From Oscillospiraceae bacterium (GTDB taxonomy: Bacteria; Bacillota; Clostridia; Oscillospirales; Ruminococcaceae), in the NCBI GenBank assembly GCA_028689635.1, contig JAQVCU010000005.1, positions 4,791-68,790 on the forward strand: a DNA stretch of 64,000 bases, written 5' to 3'. The notes beneath the pieces are model-generated. The model ran no database searches, was not told the DNA's origin, and saw nothing but the letters and a program-made list of their open reading frames with translations. This document shows positions 57,700-64,000 of the stretch, one piece after another; positions within the stretch are counted from its first letter, which is position 1; every line of letters begins with the position of its first letter. The position numbers were made by a program, and so were the translations under genes.

Positions 57700-57858
57700 T
57701 GCGAAGGACAAGCTGTCATGGTAGTTTCGTTGGGTTCGCACCGGGATCCATCTTGTTTTTGTAGGGCGGCAACACGACAGAGAGGCCGCCCCGTTGAAAA
57801 AATCGGCAAAATGATGCAAGGGTGACCAGCAAAACAGGAAAAGCTGTACACTTTTGCC
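57700..57858 (+). other. CRISPR leader
   Basis: 159-bp non-coding stretch between cas2 and repeat 1. The degenerate terminal repeat is at the far end of the array, so this side is leader-proximal. Confidence 0.7.
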
Positions 57859-59172
57859 GTCGCTCCCCACACGGGGAGCGTGGATTGAAATTTGAAAAAT
57901 CGCCGACAAGTAGGATGCGACGGCGAGTCGCTCCCCACACGGGGAGCGTGGATTGAAATTTGAAAAATCGCCGACAAGTAGGATGCGACGGCGAGTCGCT
58001 CCCCACACGGGGAGCGTGGATTGAAATCGTTGCCATGCAGATGTGGGCTAACCCTCCGTGGTCGCTCCCCACACGGGGAGCGTGGATTGAAATAGAGAAT
58101 GGTATCTCTCGTTCTTACGAGAACGGGTCGCTCCCCACACGGGGAGCGTGGATTGAAATGGAAATACTCTTGTAATCTCCCTTGTACCTGTTCGTCGCTC
58201 CCCACACGGGGAGCGTGGATTGAAATATAGGGATTACGCAAACAAATCTTGCCCCGGAAGTCGCTCCCCACACGGGGAGCGTGGATTGAAATTTAAATCT
58301 TCCATCTTTGAATCTTGTCATCACGAAGTCGCTCCCCACACGGGGAGCGTGGATTGAAATAGACTTGGGTTAAGGTAGCAGTCGAAGCGGCTGAGGTCGC
58401 TCCCCACACGGGGAGCGTGGATTGAAATAATAGTATAATAAATCTGCTACAATCCAATAATCGTCGCTCCCCACACGGGGAGCGTGGATTGAAATGTCTA
58501 ATATCTGGTCTTTGCTATATCCTTGATTGTGTCGCTCCCCACACGGGGAGCGTGGATTGAAATTGTTGTCTCCGGTGCTTCTCGCGCTGTTATGCGGTCG
58601 CTTCCCGTACGGGGGGCGTGGATTGAAATTCCTGGGGCGTCTCCTTTGGCGGATCCCACCGCTTGTCGCTTCCCGTACGGGGGGGCGTGGATTGAAATAA
58701 CCGGTGGAGTTTTAACACCAATGACAGCCCACAGGTCGCTTCCCGTACGGGGGGCGTGGATTGAAATTGTAGTATTTCATTTTTTTCTCCTTTGGAAAAA
58801 GTCGCTTCCCGTACGGGGGGCGTGGATTGAAATAATGAGCTGCTGAAAAGAGCCTTGGGCTTCCAACGTCGCTTCCCGTACGGGGGGGCGTGGATTGAAA
58901 TAAAGACATATTTGTCCATCGTCGGGATCGCCCGCTGTCGCTTCCCGTACGGGGGGCGTGGATTGAAATATTACACAGGTAATTGGTGGTTGTGGCGTAT
59001 ATCGTCGCTTCCCGTACGGGGGGCGTGGATTGAAATCAGCAAAGCCCGAACTTCCGAATCCGAACAGGCCAGGTCGCTTCCCGTACGGGGGGCGTGGATT
59101 GAAATACTCTCATTCCCGAAGGAACTCATGTGTTCCATCGTCGTTCCCCGCACGGGGAGCGTGGACTAAAAA
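57859..59172 (+). CRISPR. type I-C CRISPR array, 20 repeats / 19 spacers
   Basis: Repeats 1-11 (57859..58563) read GTCGCTCCCCACACGGGGAGCGTGGATTGAAAT. Repeats 12-19 (58597..59105) read GTCGCTTCCCGTACGGGGGGCGTGGATTGAAAT, and two of them (58665, 58868) carry an extra G. The terminal repeat (59140..59172) is degenerate, GTCGTTCCCCGCACGGGGAGCGTGGACTAAAAA. Spacers are 33-36 nt. Confidence 0.98.
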
Positions 59173-59173
59173 A

Positions 59174-59207
59174 GGAGAAGCGCCTTCTCAGGCGCTTCTC
59201 CTTTTTT
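59174..59207. terminator. bidirectional rho-independent terminator at the array end
   Basis: AAAAAA-GGAGAAGCGCC-TTCTCA-GGCGCTTCTCC-TTTTTT, shared with the convergent aldo/keto reductase gene. Confidence 0.85.
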
Positions 59208-59226
59208 CTGTATAGCGGCTGCGGCT

Positions 59227-60375
59227 TTAGCCCAACAGCAGCTTTGCTTTTTCCATGCGCTGGATCACCGGGACGCCGAAAGGGCAGCGCTGTTCGCAGC
59301 CGCCGCAGGCGATGCAGTCGCCGGCGTTGGCCTTAAGCTGTCCATAATGGGCCCGCAGGGTGGCGGGTACCGTCTCTTGCATATCGGCCAGATCGCAGAG
59401 CTTGTTTACCATGGCAATGTCGATGCCGGCGGGACAGGGCGCGCAGTGGCCGCAATAGGTGCACTGGCCAAAGCCATAGGCGTGATGCGGCGCTGTGGCC
59501 AGCACGCTGGCGTAATCTTTCTCTTTTTCGTCCGCCGTTTCATAGGCAACGGCGGCCCGGACATGCTCCGGAGTGTCGTATCCCACCAAAACGCTGGCCA
59601 CGGCGGGGCGGGTGAGGGCGTAATGCAGACACTGCACCGGGGTCAGAGCCACGCCAAAGGGGGAGGTGGCAGCGTCGAAAAGACGCCCGCCGGCATAGCC
59701 TTTCATCACTGTAATGCCGACGCCCTTCTGTTCACAGATGCGGTAAAGCATCTCCCGTTCCAGCGCAATGCCGCCGAGAGATTCCTCATAAGCGGCGCCT
59801 TCCAGATATTTCAGCATGTCCTCGCAGGGAGGAAGCAGGTCGAAGGCCGGATTGGCGCTGAAAAGCAGCATCTCGATCTCGCCGCTAAGGGCGGCCATCT
59901 GCGCCACCTGGGGATTGTGGGTGCTCAGGCCGATATGGCGGATGACGCCGGATCTTTTCAGTTGGCGGACATACTCGATGTATTCCCCCTGCATAATGCG
60001 CTCATATTCCGCGCGTTCATCCACAAAATGGATCATGCCAAGGTCGATATAATCGGTCTGCAGGCGGGTGAGCAGATCTTCAAAAGCGGGCCTAACCTTC
60101 GATAGATCTCGGGTGCGCACATATTGGCCGTCTTGCCAGGTGGAACCGATATGGCCCTGGATGATCCAGCGTTCCCGCCGGCCCCGTAGGGCGGCGCCGA
60201 TGTTGCTGCGGACGTTGGGTTCCGACATCCAGCAGTCCAAAATATTGATGCCCTCCTGCTCGCAGGTATCGATTACGGCCCGAACTTCCCCGGCGTTATG
60301 GCGCTCCAGCCATTCTGCGCCAAGGCCGATCTCGCTGACGCGAAGGCCGGTTTTTCCAAGCGGTCGGTATTCCAT
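59227..60375 (-). CDS. aldo/keto reductase fused to a C-terminal 2x[4Fe-4S] ferredoxin-like domain
   Basis: 382-aa ORF starting MEYRPLGKTGLRVSEIGLGAEWL, an AKR N-terminus. C-terminal Cys clusters are CTYCGHCAPCP and CIACGGCEQRCP. Confidence 0.8.
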   Translation of the reverse strand: MEYRPLGKTGLRVSEIGLGAEWLERHNAGEVRAVIDTCEQEGINILDCWMSEPNVRSNIGAALRGRRERWIIQGHIGSTWQDGQYVRTRDLSKVRPAFEDLLTRLQTDYIDLGMIHFVDERAEYERIMQGEYIEYVRQLKRSGVIRHIGLSTHNPQVAQMAALSGEIEMLLFSANPAFDLLPPCEDMLKYLEGAAYEESLGGIALEREMLYRICEQKGVGITVMKGYAGGRLFDAATSPFGVALTPVQCLHYALTRPAVASVLVGYDTPEHVRAAVAYETADEKEKDYASVLATAPHHAYGFGQCTYCGHCAPCPAGIDIAMVNKLCDLADMQETVPATLRAHYGQLKANAGDCIACGGCEQRCPFGVPVIQRMEKAKLLLG

Positions 60376-60471
60376 GCAGCTCCTCCTTCGATCTGTCGAT
60401 TTTGGGCGTGCGCCCGAATGGATCTCTCGATTTCATCTTACTGCCTTTCGCGTCAAAAAGCAACCGTAGAC

Positions 60472-60503
60472 AAAGAAAAGCCCTCCGCCCGAAGGCGAAG
60501 GGC
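60472..60503 (-). terminator. rho-independent terminator after pduV
   Basis: The minus strand reads GCCCTTCGCC-TTCG-GGCGGAGGGC followed by TTTTCTTTG. Confidence 0.7.
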
Positions 60504-60514
60504 GCAAAGGCAGG

Positions 60515-60952
60515 TCAGGAAAGATATTCCAGCAGGGCCGAAAGCTCGTCTTCCTGGGGTGAGTCCAATCCCACCCGGAAGATCTTCTCCGCGCCCGCCA
60601 GGCGCAGAAGGTCTTCCGCATGAAGGATCTCTTCGGGGGAGGCGGCCAGGTCGGTTTTGGTCACTACGCCGATCAGGGGACGGCCAAACATAGAGCCCAT
60701 GCCGGGGGAAAAGCTGCACTGTGGGTCGGTGCAATCCTGTAGGATCAACACGGCGTCGGTCTCCACCGCCGAGACGATAAGGGCTTTGTAAAAGCTTTTT
60801 TGTTCCAAATACTCGCCGGGGGTATCCAAAATGGCTCCGCCTAACACCTCCACCGCCTGGGTCTTTTTGTAGGAGACCTCGCCGCCGGACAGCCGCTGGC
60901 TGAGGGTGGTTTTGCCGCAGCCGGATTTTCCCATCATCATGATCTTTTTCAT
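60515..60952 (-). CDS. pduV: EutP/PduV-family microcompartment-associated GTPase
   Basis: The ORF in the track is 60515..61063. The start is taken at the ATG at 60952, giving MKKIMMMGKSGCGKTTLSQRL...YKKTQAVE...IDTPGEY...IGVVTKTDLA, collinear with PduV/EutP as I recall them. Confidence 0.85.
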   Translation of the reverse strand: MKKIMMMGKSGCGKTTLSQRLSGGEVSYKKTQAVEVLGGAILDTPGEYLEQKSFYKALIVSAVETDAVLILQDCTDPQCSFSPGMGSMFGRPLIGVVTKTDLAASPEEILHAEDLLRLAGAEKIFRVGLDSPQEDELSALLEYLS

Positions 60953-60963
60953 TGGGGGCCTCC

Positions 60964-61320
60964 TCAGCTTTTGGTGATGTCGGTGGGGGTAAAGTGCAGC
61001 ACATGCTCCAGCACATTGAGCACGTCCCGCAGGGCGGCTTCCACGCTGGCTACATCGCCGCAAATGACCACGGAACCGCTGAAACGGTCCACAAAAATGA
61101 TCTCCACCTCCGCGGCCTTGGTGGCTACATCGGCGGCGATAATGGCGGCTTCGCTGGGGGTGATGGTGAGGATCCCGAGGGCGCCGCGGCGTTGGGTGAC
61201 GACCCCCAGTTTTTTGTAAAGATCCTCGTTGGGGTTGGCGATGAGATGGGCCAGAGTCACCTGTTTGCCGGGGACGAATTCCTGAATGATGCGCTGCTTT
61301 CCCTGGGCTTCATCGAACAT
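60964..61320 (-). CDS. pduU: BMC shell protein PduU/EutS (circularly permuted BMC domain)
   Basis: 118-aa [33 protein letters not shown]...[26 protein letters not shown] closely parallels Salmonella PduU. Confidence 0.88.
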   Translation of the reverse strand: MFDEAQGKQRIIQEFVPGKQVTLAHLIANPNEDLYKKLGVVTQRRGALGILTITPSEAAIIAADVATKAAEVEIIFVDRFSGSVVICGDVASVEAALRDVLNVLEHVLHFTPTDITKS

Positions 61321-61344
61321 GGCGGCGGCCTCCTTTCCTCAAAA

Positions 61345-61893
61345 TTATAGCAGGGCCTGAAAAATTTCCGGGCGCGGGTTGGGGATGACCACGCTGGTGA
61401 CCACCAGGCCTTTGTCGCTGCCGGTGGCCACGCCGCAGCGCACCGATTCCGCCACAGCGGCCACTTCCCCGGTAAGCACCACGAAAGATTTTCCGCCAAT
61501 GCCGGTACCCAGGCGCACGTCAATGAGGCTGACGTCGGCGGCTTTGACCGCCGCATCCGCCGCATAGACCGCCGCGGTGATGCTGAAGAATTCCATGACG
61601 CCCACGGCGTTGACGTCCCCCGGGGCAGAGGCCAGGTTGATGGCCTGGATCACTTGGGGATGAACGCGGGGGATGACCACGGAATCGATGGCAAAATGGC
61701 CGGCCACCGCCTCGCCCGCCTGCAGGGAGGCGGTGACCGCCGCCACTTCGCCGGTGAAGAGGACGGTGTATTTACCGGGGCAGGTAGCTTTGGCAAACAG
61801 CAGGTCGACCTCTGCGGCCTTTAAGATGGCGTCTGCCGCTTCTACGCCCTTGGCGATGCTGTTGAGCTCTAAAAATCCAATGGTTTCCATCAT
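61345..61893 (-). CDS. pduT: tandem-BMC-domain shell protein PduT (putative [4Fe-4S] pore)
   Basis: 182-aa ORF starting METIGFLELNSIAKGVEAADAILKAAEVDLLFAKATCPGKY. It contains two BMC domains and the conserved pore Cys in the CPGK motif. Confidence 0.85.
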   Translation of the reverse strand: MMETIGFLELNSIAKGVEAADAILKAAEVDLLFAKATCPGKYTVLFTGEVAAVTASLQAGEAVAGHFAIDSVVIPRVHPQVIQAINLASAPGDVNAVGVMEFFSITAAVYAADAAVKAADVSLIDVRLGTGIGGKSFVVLTGEVAAVAESVRCGVATGSDKGLVVTSVVIPNPRPEIFQALL

Positions 61894-63260
61894 TTGGCGT
61901 CGGCCTCCTGTCTTTCAATGATGATGGCGCTCTCGGTTACCACCGCCGTGCCGGAGATGCTGGCGTGCAGGTTGGCGCCCAGCTTCCCTTCGGGGCAGCG
62001 GGCGATCAGATCCCCCGCCTTTACCCGGTCTCCGCTGGTTACCACCGGCTCCGATGGGGCGCCGATGTGTTGCCGCAGGGCGAGAGATACCCGGGCTGGG
62101 GCGTCCTCCAGCAGGGAATCGATGCGGTAATCGTAGTATTTGAGCACGCCTGCCCGGGCTGCCGCCCGGCGGGTGGGAACGCGGCGATCCTCCCGGCCTT
62201 CCCGGGCGTGACAGGGTTCCGAAGGCTTTTGATAGCGCACGCCCGCTTTGCCCAAAAGGTCTTTGAGGATGGCGTTGACGCGGCGGGGCTGCAGGCCCAT
62301 GGGACAGGCGTACAGCTCGCAGACGCCGCATTGACAGCACAGGGCCGCCGCCTGGATATCCGGATCGGCAAGCATAGAGGCAAAATCGGTGCTCATGGCC
62401 ATTTTGCGCATGATGCGATGGGGCTCCAGGGGATGGCCCAGCAGATAACGGGGGCACAGCTGGGTGCAGTAGCTGCACTGGATACAGGAGGAACGGGCGC
62501 GGTTGGCCATATGCTCCAGGGAGATCTGGTTGTGCCGGGCAAGGTAGCTATCCTCCGGCAGGACGATGAGGCCGGAGGTGGTCTTTGTCACAAAGGAAGC
62601 GAGGGCCTGTTCCCGTTTCATGGGCGCGCCCATCATGGGCCCTCCGCTTAGAACCAGGTATTCCCCACTGCACAGCGCGCCGCCCGCCAGTTCCAGGCAG
62701 CGGGCGATGGGGGTGCCCACCGGAACCTTGAGGATCACCGGATGGGCCACCTCCCCGGTGACGGTGAGATATTTATCAAGAAAAGGCTTTCCCTCCATGG
62801 CGTCAAAGACGGCGCTGAGGGTGGCGATATTGCTGACCACACAGCCCACGTCCAGGGGGATACCGGCTGGGGGGACGACCCGGCCGGTGGCTTCATATAC
62901 CAGGGCCTGCTCGTCTCCGGCCGGGTAAAAACTGTCCATCAGGTGCAGCGTCACGGGGGAGGAGAGCTTTTGAATGGCGGCGCGCAGGGCCGCGGTCTCC
63001 TCGGCGTAGGCGCGTTTAAGGCCGATGACGCAGCGCCCGGCGCCGGTCTCCTTCATCAGGGCGCCGGCGGCGGTGATGATCTCCTCCGCCCGGTGGCGCA
63101 TCAGGTAGCGGTCGGTGCGCAGCAGGGGCTCGCACTCCGCGCCGTTGACGACAATGGCGTCGAAGCTGCCCTTGTATTTGGCGTGGGTGGGGAACCCGGC
63201 GCCGCCGCAGCCCACGATTCCCGCATCAAAAATCTGGTCAAGAAGGCTTGTTCGGTTCAC
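61890..63260 (-). CDS. pduS: PduS-like cobalamin reductase / RnfC-type flavo-Fe-S protein
   Basis: 456-aa ORF. GIVGCGGAGFPTHAKY...VVNGAECEPLLRTDRYLM is the RnfC/PduS NADH-binding signature. Two CxxCxxCxxxCP ferredoxin motifs are present (CIQCSYCTQLCP, CCQCGVCELYACP). Confidence 0.85.
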   Translation of the reverse strand: MNRTSLLDQIFDAGIVGCGGAGFPTHAKYKGSFDAIVVNGAECEPLLRTDRYLMRHRAEEIITAAGALMKETGAGRCVIGLKRAYAEETAALRAAIQKLSSPVTLHLMDSFYPAGDEQALVYEATGRVVPPAGIPLDVGCVVSNIATLSAVFDAMEGKPFLDKYLTVTGEVAHPVILKVPVGTPIARCLELAGGALCSGEYLVLSGGPMMGAPMKREQALASFVTKTTSGLIVLPEDSYLARHNQISLEHMANRARSSCIQCSYCTQLCPRYLLGHPLEPHRIMRKMAMSTDFASMLADPDIQAAALCCQCGVCELYACPMGLQPRRVNAILKDLLGKAGVRYQKPSEPCHAREGREDRRVPTRRAAARAGVLKYYDYRIDSLLEDAPARVSLALRQHIGAPSEPVVTSGDRVKAGDLIARCPEGKLGANLHASISGTAVVTESAIIIERQEADAK

Positions 63261-63264
63261 CTAA

Positions 63265-63558
63265 TCACCTGCTTTTCTTTTGCTGGGCGGCTTCTCGGTC
63301 CACCTCCAGCGAGTCGATGATGCCGACAATGGCGCAGTCCACCGGACGGTCGTCGGAGCCCACCGCCCGCCGGGCGGTGCTTCCCGTGACCACCAGCACC
63401 CGTTCCCCGATGCCGGCGCCCACAGAATCGGTGGCGACAAAGGTGCTGCCGTTTTTCTCGTTGGTCTCCACCTCCTGTACCACCATCAGTTTCAGGCCGT
63501 TGAGAGCCTCCTCTTTTTTGGTGGCCCACACGTGGCCGATCACTTTGCAAATCATCAT
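63265..63558 (-). CDS. pduN: BMC vertex (pentamer) protein EutN/PduN/CcmL family
   Basis: 97-aa ORF starting MMICKVIGHVWATKKEEALNGLKLMVVQEV, with ATDSVGAGIGERVLVVTGSTAR...CAIVGIIDS, the typical EutN/CcmL fold signature. Confidence 0.88.
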   Translation of the reverse strand: MMICKVIGHVWATKKEEALNGLKLMVVQEVETNEKNGSTFVATDSVGAGIGERVLVVTGSTARRAVGSDDRPVDCAIVGIIDSLEVDREAAQQKKSR

Positions 63559-63614
63559 GGCTGCGTCCTCCTTCCAGGGCGAAGCGCCCTGGAATCTATC
63601 CTATCAAAAAATGA

Positions 63615-64000
63615 TCATACGATTTGGATCTCTTTTCCGGCATGCAGGAACACGTCCCGGGCCGAGGGGGTGATGACGGTGCCGCGGCGCACCAGCAGGA
63701 TGGGCTCGGAACTGCCTTCGGCAAGGGTGTGGGCCAGGGCTTCGGTGATAACGCCCTCCGGCAGGTCGGCGCCGGGGGCCCGGCGGCTGCCGTCCTTATC
63801 CACCGCATTGGGGCCCTCCAAAGAGAGGACGCCGAAACGCTGGAGCGTGCGGACATAGCCCTCCAGCATCTGATAAAATCCGCTGGGCATCCGGGATTTT
63901 TTTTTGCGCCAGGCGAGGGCAAATTCTGCCAGGTAGACGGGTTTTCCCTCCATCAGGGCGTTGATGACGGCGCACTGCACCGGGCGGGTATCCCGGCCTA
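63615..64000 (-). CDS. microcompartment-associated protein, PduM-like (N-terminus outside window)
   Basis: The frame is open to the window edge. It sits immediately upstream of pduN, where pduM lies in pdu operons. The C-terminus ILLVRRGTVITPSARDVFLHAGKEIQIV loosely resembles the PduM C-terminus as I remember it. Confidence 0.35.
   Translation of the reverse strand, partial: GRDTRPVQCAVINALMEGKPVYLAEFALAWRKKKSRMPSGFYQMLEGYVRTLQRFGVLSLEGPNAVDKDGSRRAPGADLPEGVITEALAHTLAEGSSEPILLVRRGTVITPSARDVFLHAGKEIQIV

Noticed and set aside
57571-59169. Multiple ORFs across the CRISPR array, for example 57571..58008, 57669..58271, 58523..58846 and 58590..58919. They have reiterated peptides such as NPRSPCGER, SLPTRGAWIEI and FQSTPPVREAT.
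   Set aside because: The periodic peptides are simply translations of the 33-nt repeat in different frames, so this is a CRISPR array and not coding sequence.

Overview
GC-rich chromosomal segment of an endospore-forming Firmicute, Clostridia-like on the evidence of spoIIP, gpr and spoVAC/D/E. No homology search was run: every call rests on the ORF track, my own translation, and remembered family motifs. Most of the window is housekeeping. It holds the prmA-dnaJ-dnaK-grpE-hrcA heat-shock cluster with a perfect CIRCE operator, lepA-hemW, rpsT, tex, rlmI and pyruvate:ferredoxin oxidoreductase. It also holds a marR plus RND efflux operon, fucO, two tandem M81 (MlrC-like) peptidase paralogs, dsdA and several transporters. 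The last 3.5 kb is the tail of a pdu-type microcompartment operon (pduM-like, N, S, T, U, V). The one clearly accessory block is a visibly less GC-rich type I-C CRISPR-Cas island at about 49.3-59.2 kb. Its gene order is the unusual cas5c-cas8c-cas7c-cas3-cas4-cas1-cas2, followed by a 20-repeat array built from two repeat variants. The top finding lies in the 600-bp non-coding region upstream of cas5. A solitary, inverted, degenerate CRISPR repeat is followed by a pseudo-spacer. That pseudo-spacer has a TTC-flanked partial match (positions 1-11, 13-16 and 18) about 160 bp away, just downstream of a consensus TTGACA-N17-TATACT promoter that points into the cas operon. This is the architecture of CreA/CreR-type CRISPR-repeat-like regulatory RNAs, used either for cas autorepression or as a CreTA-like addiction module. 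Other observations: a composite palindromic intergenic repeat present at two loci (upstream of lepA and of tex) with embedded TGnTATAAT motifs, a duplicated leader-proximal spacer, a split spoVA operon, and a 19-kb interruption of the conserved lepA-hemW/hrcA synteny. No tRNA, rRNA, transposase or prophage genes were recognised.
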